This document shows positions 10,828 to 20,709 of a stretch of 64,000 nt of DNA, one piece after another. Position numbers and translations under genes: made by a program. Source of the DNA: a virus (Duplodnaviria; Caudoviricetes); IMG/VR virus record IMGVR_UViG_3300029288_000077, positions 32,001 to 96,000 of that record. One strand, 5' to 3'. The notes beneath the pieces were generated by a model. It did not search any database. It was not told the origin of the DNA and was given only the letters and a program-made list of their open reading frames with translations. How positions within the stretch are numbered: position 1 is the first letter of the stretch; every line of letters begins with the position of its first letter.

Positions 10828-11445
10828 GTGCGGAAAAGCAAGGAATTTTATATTGCCAGGACCGCCTCTGTCCGTGAGTTGTATTTACTGGGGGTTGGCG
10901 TTCATCAGATAAAGAAATATCTGAATGTGCCTAATGGTACAAGTGTCAAGAATATGGTTAAGGATTTGGAATACGGATCAGATTTTGATTTGGACGCTGT
11001 TTGTTTATATATTCTTCATAGAGGTGATGTAGTAGAACTGTACTGTAATGAACACAAATCTATAGCGTTTATTGCAAATAAGTATAGTGTAAAAGGTGCT
11101 GTCATAAAGCAGGTGCTCAAAACTGTGGGCGTTGTTATTGACAACCGCAGGCGCATGAGCGAACTAGAAGAAAAGACGCTGTGCGCAGTAAAATTACTTG
11201 GATGGACACCATTTGGTGGTATGTGGTTAATGGGCGCAAACAAAATTAACTGGATAATTCATGAGCACGAAGAAAGAGTGAGCCGCAAAAGAGTAGGTAA
11301 AATAGAACAAAAGAAAATCGAGCAACCAATTAGACCTGAGCTAAGTAAGATCAAGGATGCGGCGCACCAAAATGTGGGTGTGTTTTTGAATGCGCGAGAG
11401 TGTCAAAGGCTGTACCTGATAAACTTGGATTACAGCAAAATATGA
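10828..11445 (+). CDS. Hypothetical protein, possible HTH DNA-binding
   Basis: VVELY...SIAFIANKYSVKGAVIKQVL is HTH-like. Confidence 0.4.
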   Translation: MRKSKEFYIARTASVRELYLLGVGVHQIKKYLNVPNGTSVKNMVKDLEYGSDFDLDAVCLYILHRGDVVELYCNEHKSIAFIANKYSVKGAVIKQVLKTVGVVIDNRRRMSELEEKTLCAVKLLGWTPFGGMWLMGANKINWIIHEHEERVSRKRVGKIEQKKIEQPIRPELSKIKDAAHQNVGVFLNARECQRLYLINLDYSKI

Positions 11446-11473
11446 CCACACATGACCATACGTTGTGGGTATA

Positions 11474-11501
11474 TTTACTCCCTGACGATTGATGGTATAA
11501 T
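11474..11501 (+). promoter_or_regulatory. Sigma70-like promoter upstream of the ncRNA array
   Basis: TTTACT-N16-TATAAT with extended -10 TG. Confidence 0.7.
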
Positions 11502-11905
11502 ACATTTGAAGATAGCAGAGATCATTGGAAATCGGCGGCACTAGAAAAAGCCAAGAAATGGAGGTTAAATATGGACTGGTCGAGTACAAAGCCCTGACCA
11601 AGCTTTGACGTACGGCAGAGCGAGGAAGGGATCTTCAAGCTTGTGTGGTGTGCTGGTCTGGCCAGGCTAACACAGGTGCGAGGAAGAGTATTGGACCGTG
11701 AAAGTACGCCCCCAGGGATGGGACGCCACCCTGGAGTCACGGTTTCCTTGAAATCCAAAATCTAAGAAAGATGGTGCTCCAATGCGCTAGTTTGATTTGA
11801 CACCAAACCGTTTGACATGTGAATGCTGAAAGACGAAAGTGTGATTGAGTATAACAAATTAATGGAGCGCAAATGCTGTGGCGGTATAAATCCGTAAGGC
11901 ACCAT

Positions 11906-12385
11906 GTTCTTTGAAAAGTAATGTTCTTCTAACCAGGTGCGTGTGGCGACCGAAGACTTTTGTTGTTTTCGGTTTTGTGCTAACAGGTATTTGGTTAGAG
12001 GAAAAGGAGGCTGGCTTACGTTGCCGGAAAACTGGCGGGCTAGCACGCTGTGTGGTGGTAGAAATCCACAAGCCTCCTTCGTTCTTTGAAAAGTAATGGC
12101 TGATGTGGTGGAAAACCGCCCCGCGATTGACTGTCGCACATCATTTGATCCTGGGAGGGCTTGATCACCCTCCCCGATAAAATGACTGGTGTGGGGTGCC
12201 TACGTGCTGGGCTCAAACCATCCAATAGTCAAGGAAAGCGAGCACGCGCATCAGCCAGTTCTTTGAAAAGCGGGTGTTGCGATCTTATGTTGATGTGCAC
12301 AGAGACATAAGACAGGCGACTTGCTACTGCCACGGTGGGATGCAAGTGTGGTTCAATTCCACGAACGCCCATTCTGTTCTTTGAA
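11906..12385 (+). repeat. Dispersed boxA-like motif GTTCTTTGAA(AAG), four copies
   Basis: Copies at 11906-11918, 12081-12093, 12258-12270 and 12376-12385; variant TTCCTTGAAA at 11744; each lies 0-5 nt 3' of a closing stem. Confidence 0.85.
12272..12371 (+). ncRNA. tRNA-like element (acceptor stem plus T-arm; non-canonical D and anticodon region)
   Basis: GGGTGTT/AACGCCC-A acceptor stacked on TGTGG-TTCAATT-CCACG. Confidence 0.6.
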
Positions 12386-13761
12386 TTTTTGCGGTTTGGC
12401 TCGTGCTACCGTTCCGTGCAAACCGGTACTGTCTGGTAGAGTCAGGCCACGAGCCAATAATGTTCCCGAACTGCATACCGGCGGTCGTGCAGGCGGTTGG
12501 TGTGTGGTCGGGATCTGGGGGCCTGATTAGCCCCGCCTACTCCAGGGTGCCCTTAAGTGGACGCCTAAGTGGTGCCGCCGCAGTGCGACGCCCGGAGTAG
12601 TTGTCCCACTGCATTGGTAGATGCAGTGTGTTCGTGCCTGTGCTAAAGGACGAACATGGGGAGCCGCCGTCCCCTAGGAGCAAGGAGATGTCCTACCAGA
12701 GCATCGAACGGCACTTTTGGAATCGCTTAGGGCAGCATCCTTGGCACATGGGCCTAACGTCGGATGGCCAACTACGTGCACGGGATGCTGCCCATTGTTG
12801 CAGGTGAAGCATGAAGATCTTGATCCTAGAAGACTCTGCGAACGCTGTTGGGTGGAACAACATCAAGGCGGCGTTGCCCAATGCTATCAAGGCACCCAAT
12901 CTGTGGGAGTACTTTGATGAAGTGTTCAGGATGCTGAAACTGCCGTGATAACTTCACCAAATGGGTGGTTGTCACCTGATGGTGTTTTTCATGAATGTGC
13001 ACACGCAAGGCACGCTGATTGTGCCGGGAAAATAGCTAGAAGTCACTTACCAGAAAATGAGCCCATTTTTGACTCAGAAAAGATATTAGAAGAGTGGGGG
13101 TATATTAAGATACTTGACGGCGGGGCATGTGTGGCGTATGCTACTGGCGTGGTACACAAAAGGCCGACGCAAGCACAAATCGATGCGGTGTTCGATTACC
13201 ACCAGAAATGTAGGAAGGAACTTCCATATTGGATTGGAGAGCAGGAATGAAAGTTACTCTTGAAATGGATGAAAACCAAGCACGTATCGTACTGCAGGCT
13301 TTGGACTGTTTGTCAAGATTGTACTCCGGGCAAGTAGATGTAGTCCTGCACACAGTGCTTGTACACAGCAAGCGGTGGAAGGAACTGTGTGAGGTGACTG
13401 GTGGGCATGGTTCTGCTATTGAGTCTATCAGACACCTAGCTTTGTTGATCGGTGAGTTGATGACTGGTTTGCCTAGTGGTACTTTCTGGAGTATTGGTAA
13501 CAGACGAGACATGCATGAAAATGCCCAAACTGCTTGGGACATCAATGAAGTGTTGAGACATGCGCTGGCTTGGTTCAGGAATCCTAAAGGCGGAGCAACT
13601 GTTGACTTTGGCGAGCCAATGCATTGGAATCCAGATCAACCACTCCCCAAAGTAAAAATCGAATGAAGCTGTTGCTGTTGGCATTACTGCTGTTTGTGGT
13701 TCGTTTGCTAATCATTGACAATCATTAATCTACATCATAAATAAATAGAGTATAATGCAAG

Positions 13762-15678
13762 GTGATGGGTGCTGCACTGAATATGAAAGATGGCCTGTTC
13801 CGTGACATAGATAATATCATAAATGGGGAAAGTATAAGTACTTTTACCAGTGTGGTGAATACTGGTTTAGTGACCCTCGAACGCCCACCAAATGAAGTAG
13901 TTTTTATAGAATCACCTAAATTTCTAAATGGCCCAAAGGAGCTGTGGCCAGAACAGTATAGGTTTACAAGAGACTTCTACGAGCTTAGTTGTCCTGTCTG
14001 CAATGACTTGGACAAAATGTACCGTGGTGGTGAAATTAAAAGAGAAGACGATGTACTGTTTGAGTATAATGTGTGTCCAAAATGTGGTGCTAGAAAAGAA
14101 GATGTTGTAGAAGCACTCAATTTTTATTATAGCATTAACGGTGTGGTGGGGATGCGTTCCGGTAAGTCTACTGGCATGGGGTGTTTTTTGGCTGCATTTA
14201 CTGCCGATATTTTGTGTGTACCTGATCTGCACAAAAAGCTGGGTATAGTTGAATCGGATGCTTTGGATGGCACGTTTGTGGCCGCTGCACAAAAGCAAGC
14301 TTCAGATACTATATGGAGCAAATTTAAGGGCATGTATGATAATAGTCCTTGGTTCCAGTACTACAAACATGCTTTGCTTGATATTGAGGTGAACGATAAG
14401 CGGTTTAGGCGCGGTGAGTTGTACTGGGAGACAGACAATCTCATACACTGGCAAGATAAACACATACGGCTTACTGCTGTGCCCACCAACTCAGCTACGC
14501 AGGCTGGACGCACGCGCATTTTTGCGGTGATAGACGAGCTGGCTAGGTTAGACTCAGGAGAAAGCAAGCGGTCTGCATCAGAAGTGTACCGCGTGCTTGA
14601 AAACTCATTGTACACTGTGCGTCAAGCTGTGTCTGAGTTGCGTGCAAAAGGCAATATAGAGATACCAGATGCTGTGATGGCTTCTATATCTTCCCCGTTG
14701 TTTCAAACCGACAAGTCTATGAGTCTGTTGGATGATGCTAAGATCGACAAGCGCATATATGCTTTCAAGAAGGCTACGTGGGAATTCAATCCACACTCCA
14801 AAAAAGAAGATTTTGCTTCATTATACGCACGCGATCCGATAGGCACAGAGCGCGATTTTGGTGCCAACCCGCCTGGAGCCGAAAACCCGTTTATTAAGGA
14901 CCCAAACATAATCAAGGCATGCACGGATTACAAGCGCACCTCGTGTTTTACTCTTAGAGAAAATTACTTTGATCTCAAAGCAGGAACAGAAGGTAATGAA
15001 GCTACATTCCATTTTGTGAAGATGGATATTTTGAATATGTCTTATATGAATTTAGCTGAGTACGTGATACACTGTGACCCAGGCGAAACCGGAGACAGCT
15101 TTTCACTTACACTAGCACACAAACAAGACGGTGTTTGTTGTATAGACGGTTACATAGAAATACGCCCGGTTCCGGAGGGAAGTCAATTTAGTAAAGTACC
15201 TCGTTCCGTACACTTTCCCTCAGTGGTGAATTTGATATTGGCTTTGCACAAAAAGATAAAAATCAGATTGGTGACATACGACAAATGGAATAGTACTGAA
15301 CAAATACACCGCCTCATAGATGCAGGTATTATAGCCATAGGTAAAAACCTGACCAGGGATGATCATCTAAATTTCCTGGAAGGTTTGAATAGTGGTTGGG
15401 TTAGTATGCCTGCACCGGAAGTAGAGGTAGCCGATCCTTCAAATATGAGAAATGTGCCGTGTGCCCAGGCACTGTATGAATTGAGTAAATTAAATGATAA
15501 TGGAGCAAAAGTAGATCACCCACCGTATGGTCACAACGACATTATACAGGGCGGGGTTGGGGTATACCGATCTTTGATGCATCCAGACCTAATACCAATT
15601 GAAAAGAAAAAGACCAAACAAACGTGGCAAAACCGACAGAAAGTGCCGCCAGTTACTTTAACCAGACTTAGACGTTAG
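13762..15678 (+). CDS. terL: Terminase large subunit
   Basis: Walker A GMRSGKST, Walker B FAVIDE, RNase H-like HCDPG..DSF, YDKWNS and HNDI. Confidence 0.9.
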   Translation: MMGAALNMKDGLFRDIDNIINGESISTFTSVVNTGLVTLERPPNEVVFIESPKFLNGPKELWPEQYRFTRDFYELSCPVCNDLDKMYRGGEIKREDDVLFEYNVCPKCGARKEDVVEALNFYYSINGVVGMRSGKSTGMGCFLAAFTADILCVPDLHKKLGIVESDALDGTFVAAAQKQASDTIWSKFKGMYDNSPWFQYYKHALLDIEVNDKRFRRGELYWETDNLIHWQDKHIRLTAVPTNSATQAGRTRIFAVIDELARLDSGESKRSASEVYRVLENSLYTVRQAVSELRAKGNIEIPDAVMASISSPLFQTDKSMSLLDDAKIDKRIYAFKKATWEFNPHSKKEDFASLYARDPIGTERDFGANPPGAENPFIKDPNIIKACTDYKRTSCFTLRENYFDLKAGTEGNEATFHFVKMDILNMSYMNLAEYVIHCDPGETGDSFSLTLAHKQDGVCCIDGYIEIRPVPEGSQFSKVPRSVHFPSVVNLILALHKKIKIRLVTYDKWNSTEQIHRLIDAGIIAIGKNLTRDDHLNFLEGLNSGWVSMPAPEVEVADPSNMRNVPCAQALYELSKLNDNGAKVDHPPYGHNDIIQGGVGVYRSLMHPDLIPIEKKKTKQTWQNRQKVPPVTLTRLRR

Positions 15679-15704
15679 TGAATAACATCATTGGATTTGG
15701 GTGG

Positions 15705-15732
15705 TTTACTGGTGTATAACAGGTAGTATAAT
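15705..15732 (+). promoter_or_regulatory. Sigma70-like promoter heading the tagged-protein cluster
   Basis: TTTACT-N16-TATAAT; inverted repeat GTAGTAT-A-ATACTAC overlaps the -10. Confidence 0.6.
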
Positions 15733-15752
15733 ACTACAAAGGAGTAGGTATA

Positions 15753-16037
15753 ATGAAACGAAGAGCACAAGAAGTTGAGCCTGATTTTTCTGATAGAGAG
15801 TACTGGGTGGCGGCCGTAGAGAATTTGCAGGATGCCTATGAACATGTGCAGGAGGCCGTCAGAAAGTTTGACGAAGCCAATGAAAACATGACTCACACTT
15901 CAGATCCTGAGGCCAATCCTGAATTTTATGCCCATGACATTAACGAAATCTTTTCCTATGACCGAGAGATACTATACAAGGCATTGACCATGCTGAGTGA
16001 GCTTCAGGGCAATATTGAGAAGATGTACATGGAGTAG
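15753..16037 (+). CDS. Acidic putative internal virion protein
   Basis: MKRRAQE tag; acidic. Confidence 0.55.
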   Translation: MKRRAQEVEPDFSDREYWVAAVENLQDAYEHVQEAVRKFDEANENMTHTSDPEANPEFYAHDINEIFSYDREILYKALTMLSELQGNIEKMYME

Positions 16038-16044
16038 GTTTTAC

Positions 16045-17277
16045 TTGTCGTATCTAATCAGAAAAGCTATACTTTGTTTACAGGCAAAGTATGTAACGCC
16101 TCGTCAAAGTGATATCGATAAATTTCGAGATGACTTTCTTGTGCTTATGAAAAATGTCAAGCTTTTGAGCCCAGACGACAAAGAGACTGCTGAAGAGTTC
16201 AAGCAAATAGCCAATCGTTATACTGTGCAACTGCGTGGTTACTTGCAATCGCTGTTGAAGGCGATGGAAGAAAAGAAAACCTCTTTTGATTTGAATCAAA
16301 AACACCCTAAATTCTATCCGTATGTTTCTCGTGTTTGGGCACAAGTGCCATTTTACGTGAAGCAGTCTAAAGTGGTGTGGAGTTTTTTGCATGAATTGCA
16401 AGATTTGTACTATGGAGACGCATTGTCATCTTGGGCTTCGCGTACCAAGCGCAAGGCGCGGGCCGCTTGGAAGTGGTTTGAAACTGTCCTTTCATTTATT
16501 GACGAAAGACGTACTTCTGGCGGCACAGAAGATGATTTGAAGATGCAAGTCTTAGAAGAGGAGCTGGTTAGTACAGCAGGTTTCGATGTGCAATTGGTTG
16601 GATATGAAGATACAGAGAGCCATCAGAAGTGGTTAGGTATACTGCGCTCGGCTTTGAGGGTGTTTAAAGAAAAAGCCAACAAGGTGGTGCCGTGGATAGT
16701 AGAGTATGCTCTTCCTTTCCGAGTTGAGTTTTCATTTGAAAGAGGGTCTTCTGCAGGTGCCTACGGCTATTCAGGTACATATGAATATGACCACATCAAT
16801 GTTTACCCATGGTCTTTTGGTGACGTAAATAAGGTGGTGCACACTTTAGCGCATGAAATGGGCCACCACATGTTTAGGTCGATGTCTGCTGAACACGTAA
16901 AAGAGTTTACGGAATTGATGAAAGGTAACGAAGAGTGGGATCTCATGGAGCTGGTGCTGTTGTATGACGCAAACGCAGAAGAGTCAGAACTTGCTTTTGA
17001 ACAGCGCATCAAGTCACAGTATCCGGACATCTATTACAAGTGGATGGCGGCTGCCAACAAATATGAAGGATACAACTTTCATTTCATCCAAAAAGTGGTG
17101 GAATACTTACAGGGTGGCGGAGATCCGAAGGTAAACATACCATCTAAGATAGTCACACCATATGGCACCAAAAATCCAGAAGAAGCTTTCTGTGAAACTG
17201 TAGGTATGTTGGTGGCTTATGGATCACGCACTGTAGATGAAGAAGTAAGAGAACTATTCAAAAAGCTGAAACTGTGA
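16045..17277 (+). CDS. Zincin-type metallopeptidase with KAI tag
   Basis: TLAHEMGHH and YGTKNPEEAFCE; TTG start after GGAG gives MSYLIRKAILCLQA. Confidence 0.7.
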   Translation: MSYLIRKAILCLQAKYVTPRQSDIDKFRDDFLVLMKNVKLLSPDDKETAEEFKQIANRYTVQLRGYLQSLLKAMEEKKTSFDLNQKHPKFYPYVSRVWAQVPFYVKQSKVVWSFLHELQDLYYGDALSSWASRTKRKARAAWKWFETVLSFIDERRTSGGTEDDLKMQVLEEELVSTAGFDVQLVGYEDTESHQKWLGILRSALRVFKEKANKVVPWIVEYALPFRVEFSFERGSSAGAYGYSGTYEYDHINVYPWSFGDVNKVVHTLAHEMGHHMFRSMSAEHVKEFTELMKGNEEWDLMELVLLYDANAEESELAFEQRIKSQYPDIYYKWMAAANKYEGYNFHFIQKVVEYLQGGGDPKVNIPSKIVTPYGTKNPEEAFCETVGMLVAYGSRTVDEEVRELFKKLKL

Positions 17278-17289
17278 AGGAGAAGGTTT

Positions 17290-17592
17290 ATGAACCCAAT
17301 ACAGTCCGCCATCAAGGCGCTGTCCGAAAGCAAACACATAGTACGTGGTATAGAAGTGGGTGATACATTAGTAGCAATCGATGATCATGTGGTGGGTGGT
17401 GGTCCTGGGCAGCCAGAGGTTTTTGTGTCTGCTGGTGAACATGTGCGTGTCAAAGAAATACACGATGCTTCAGTTACTGTAAAGTTGGTAGATCGCACAG
17501 AATTGGAAAAAGAGTGGGGCAAGTATGAAGTCAACCGCGTTGATTTAGATCTGTCTGATCTTGACCATTATGTGGATGCCAAGGTATACTAA
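17290..17592 (+). CDS. Putative internal virion protein (KAI tag)
   Basis: MNPIQSAIKALS. Confidence 0.55.
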   Translation: MNPIQSAIKALSESKHIVRGIEVGDTLVAIDDHVVGGGPGQPEVFVSAGEHVRVKEIHDASVTVKLVDRTELEKEWGKYEVNRVDLDLSDLDHYVDAKVY

Positions 17593-17868
17593 AAGGAGTA
17601 ATTCGTGCCAGAGCTAGATACACCCTTTACCGATGATAACCTTTACTCCAGGTATAGGAGTGAAGTCATTAGGATTATCAAAAACAGTGTCTTTCCGGTG
17701 CTTGAACAGTATTTAGAAGAGTTAGCTGAGGATTTGGCTGAAGACGGTGCAACAGAAGATTCAGAGTATGTGGAAGAACTGCTTACGAACAACAGGTATC
17801 AATTAACCAGGGAGTACAAGAAGATACTAAAAACGTTGTTAGACTTTCCTGGGTTTGGAGAATAACGG

Positions 17869-18579
17869 TTGAAACGTGTGGCACAGTCTCCTGCTCTTTT
17901 TGATGCAGACGCTCGCTTAGATCCTGCTGTGCGTGAAGTCCTGTTGCAAATAGCTCAAGACATCTTAGATGCTTTAAATGAAGAGGGCGTGCACGTACCC
18001 CCGAAATTCCTGGTGCTTACCGGATCCATGACCGGTTTTGACTACAAAGAGACATCAGACATAGACTTGCATATAGGCTACGATCCGTTAGATTTTGAAG
18101 ATCCTCAAGCCGTAAAGCTGCTGTTCCGTTACTATCAGAAAAGTTTCAATGCAGAGCCGTATGATTTACGAGATCACCCCATTGAGTTGTATTTTCAAGA
18201 CGTGAACGAAGAGCACGTGTCGCCTGGCGTATATGATTTGATCAAGGATGCCTGGGTTAAATGGCCGGAGTCTCCTTCGTATATTAATGAAGAGGCTGTA
18301 GAAGAGTTTTATAATGGCACCACATATCTCATAGACAACTTCATCGTCGTTTATGAGCAGCAAAAGGGCAGCATGACCATGAATGATAGGAAGCGCTTTC
18401 TTTCAGACGTAAAGGCGTTGAAAGACTTTATACGGGAAAAACGGTCAGAAGGTCTTCACTCTCCTGCGGGCGTGTATTCAGTACAAAATCTTGGATTCAA
18501 GCAGCTCCGTGAGCACTTAGACTTAGATAACTTGAATGCACTGGTGCATCGAGTGCAAGACGATATCTATGAGGCATGA
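17869..18579 (+). CDS. Pol-beta superfamily nucleotidyltransferase
   Basis: LTGS-x8-SDIDLHI, PIELYFQ, GVYDL; N-terminal MKRVAQ tag. Confidence 0.75.
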   Translation: MKRVAQSPALFDADARLDPAVREVLLQIAQDILDALNEEGVHVPPKFLVLTGSMTGFDYKETSDIDLHIGYDPLDFEDPQAVKLLFRYYQKSFNAEPYDLRDHPIELYFQDVNEEHVSPGVYDLIKDAWVKWPESPSYINEEAVEEFYNGTTYLIDNFIVVYEQQKGSMTMNDRKRFLSDVKALKDFIREKRSEGLHSPAGVYSVQNLGFKQLREHLDLDNLNALVHRVQDDIYEA

Positions 18580-19322
18580 TGTTTGTATCAGCCAAATTGC
18601 GTAATGAGTTGAGGTCCGTAAAGGACCTGCTTACCATGTCTAACGCTGACAAGGGTTTTGATCTGGCTGTGATGGATCCAAACATGTTTCTTACCTGGTA
18701 CAGAAAAAATGTTGGTGAAGCAAACTTTGAGGATGAACAGCAGTTCATTGAAAGTTTGTATGCAACGGATAAATCGGTGTTAGGTAACTATTTCGATGAT
18801 GGAGATGTGCGGTACAGTTTGCTTAATGATCCTGATGCACCACCTTTTTTGTTTATGGACTTTGAAGAAGCTGTCTTTAATAAATGGATGATTCATTTTA
18901 CGGATAGTGCGTATAATGTGGCTTTGAAAGGCTTTAAATACGGCACACCAAATTTGGAGAGTTTGCCCTATACGAGACATACTCCACAGAAATATAAAAC
19001 GGGTGGGTATAACTTTGCGTATGATTTGGATGATCTGCACTATGCTTTTACGGGTAAAGGTACTAAGTATGGAAAAGAAGCGGTAATGTTTCAAGCTACT
19101 GGTATAAAAGTATATCATCACGGTGATGAAGAGCCGCAGGTAATATTTTGGGGTGAAACCGCCAGGAATTTTGTACCAATCCTTGTCAATGGTGATACAG
19201 ACGATTGGGCTGTTGGAGAAGACAAAGAAGGTTTTCCGGTATACCATCACGAAAGTTTAGATAAGGTCGTGGATTGGGTGGTAGCCAATTTCAATCAATA
19301 CAAGGGAGTCTTAATAGTATGA
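18576..19322 (+). CDS. Hypothetical protein, putative internal virion protein
   Basis: 248-aa ORF inside the tagged cluster. Confidence 0.5.
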   Translation: MMFVSAKLRNELRSVKDLLTMSNADKGFDLAVMDPNMFLTWYRKNVGEANFEDEQQFIESLYATDKSVLGNYFDDGDVRYSLLNDPDAPPFLFMDFEEAVFNKWMIHFTDSAYNVALKGFKYGTPNLESLPYTRHTPQKYKTGGYNFAYDLDDLHYAFTGKGTKYGKEAVMFQATGIKVYHHGDEEPQVIFWGETARNFVPILVNGDTDDWAVGEDKEGFPVYHHESLDKVVDWVVANFNQYKGVLIV

Positions 19323-19579
19323 ATTCTGTACATCAAGCTATTCGAGTTTTGTCCCGTACTTTGTTTTGGGTAACTGATAAGTATGGATTTTTCACCACTG
19401 CAGTAGACAGCCTGGTAGCTGATCGAATCGTCAAGAGATTTGGACTTAATAAGGATCATGATTTTCACCACGCAGATCGTTACGAAGGTAAGGGCATGGA
19501 AGTCATGAAAGATAAAGGGAGTTGCCGCGTGACCGCCTACAATGAAAAAGCCAAGAGACTCATAGAGGATGTACTGTGA
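19319..19579 (+). CDS. Putative internal virion protein (KAI tag)
   Basis: MNSVHQAIRVLS; GGAG RBS. Confidence 0.55.
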   Translation: MNSVHQAIRVLSRTLFWVTDKYGFFTTAVDSLVADRIVKRFGLNKDHDFHHADRYEGKGMEVMKDKGSCRVTAYNEKAKRLIEDVL

Positions 19580-19636
19580 TGTAGGTGTTGTGCCCACATC
19601 GGGTATAATAAACGTAAACGATAAGAGGAGATTGTA

Positions 19637-20476
19637 ATGTACCAAGTGAGATCAATGATTCAGGGCATCTTTTCCCTTTCGCTCGAACGTGGCGTGCTGA
19701 ACATGCAACCGGGACATATGTATGACCTGGAATTATACTGTTCTAGGCAGTGGATAGCAGAAAACCACATATTGAATAATTTACTCAATCGTGGTATAAT
19801 AAAAGTGACTTATGATTCTCAAAAGGATCCACACCCTAAGCACAATCTCAAGAATGCGGGGAAGAAAGTACAACCCGTGTTTGTGAGAAAAGAACAGTTG
19901 GAACCAAAACCACAGCCAAAGAAAGTACCTGTGCCGCAGGGGCGCGGCAATGTGACTATCATTGAATACGTGGATGGGAAGCGTGTAGACAAGGTGGACC
20001 CAGGTGATGCGGAGTGTGATGCTGTGGTACCTGAGGATTGGAATACACCTCCTGGAGTGGTGAAGGCATCAGACCAGCCCGAGGTACCAGCAAAGCCAGA
20101 GGAAGTACCTCCGGAGGTCAAGGAAGTACCGAAGACTGATCCTGTACCAGAGGAAGTGAAGATAGGCACGCCTGCGTTCGAAGGTGCGTTGAAAGATTTG
20201 GCTGACGAGGTGATTAAGAAGCAAGCCAACAAAATCTTGAAGAAGAAGATGAAGGAAGAGGCTTGGGAAAAGTTAGAGGAAGCGCACAAGGCAATGGACG
20301 AAAAGAAAGTCGAAGAGCCGATAGTGACTAGTGGTCCTATAGATGAGACACCGGTATTGACTGAGAGTTACTTGAATGAACTTTCCACCAAGGATCTCAA
20401 GAAACTGGCCAAAGAGCGTGGTATGAAGAGCAACTTGAAGAAGCAGGAATTGGTACAATCACTGATAGGAAAGTAG
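19637..20476 (+). CDS. Protein with Pro/Glu-rich linker and C-terminal Rho_N/SAP-like domain
   Basis: PEEV repeats; YLNELSTKDLKKLAKERGMKSNLKKQELV. Confidence 0.6.
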   Translation: MYQVRSMIQGIFSLSLERGVLNMQPGHMYDLELYCSRQWIAENHILNNLLNRGIIKVTYDSQKDPHPKHNLKNAGKKVQPVFVRKEQLEPKPQPKKVPVPQGRGNVTIIEYVDGKRVDKVDPGDAECDAVVPEDWNTPPGVVKASDQPEVPAKPEEVPPEVKEVPKTDPVPEEVKIGTPAFEGALKDLADEVIKKQANKILKKKMKEEAWEKLEEAHKAMDEKKVEEPIVTSGPIDETPVLTESYLNELSTKDLKKLAKERGMKSNLKKQELVQSLIGK

Positions 20477-20709
20477 GTGTGACATGCCATTGGATCCTAA
20501 AACCAGGAAACTGTTGAGAAGCGTTGCTGAAGCGAGACGTGTGTTAGGTATCTTAGAAGAAGCTATCATGCACAATGAAATTACTGCTGGTGTATTAAAT
20601 CAGTACATGGATTTTGATGTGTTTGATAGAGAGGTTGATGGCATATTAGATGATGTTGCTGGGTGGATAAATGATGCATTTGAAGATATGTCTAGATCGG
20701 AGGGCTAAT

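Larger units (their letters stand above)
11695..12920 (+). ncRNA. Array of structured RNA modules, several tRNA-like
   Basis: At least ten consecutive closing stems of 6-17 bp; no credible CDS; higher GC than the flanks. Confidence 0.75.

Noticed and set aside
10828-11445. Terminase small subunit
   Set aside because: Only a weak HTH-like pattern and more than 2 kb from terL; not supportable
11771-12371. Canonical tRNA genes
   Set aside because: No proper D-arm or clean anticodon arm; a possible TGC loop near 12320 has a mismatched stem and a pyrimidine at position 37
11906-12385. CRISPR array from the GTTCTTTGAAAAG repeats
   Set aside because: Repeats are only 10-13 bp (up to about 18 in two copies), the intervening segments are 105-165 bp and self-structured, and no cas genes are present
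11522-13008. Short ORFs on both strands across the ncRNA region
   Set aside because: No suitable RBS, atypical composition, mutually overlapping; better explained by GC-rich stems
13762-15678. Intein or intron in the terminase
   Set aside because: Normal length, continuous frame, no intein splice motifs or homing-endonuclease motifs recognised
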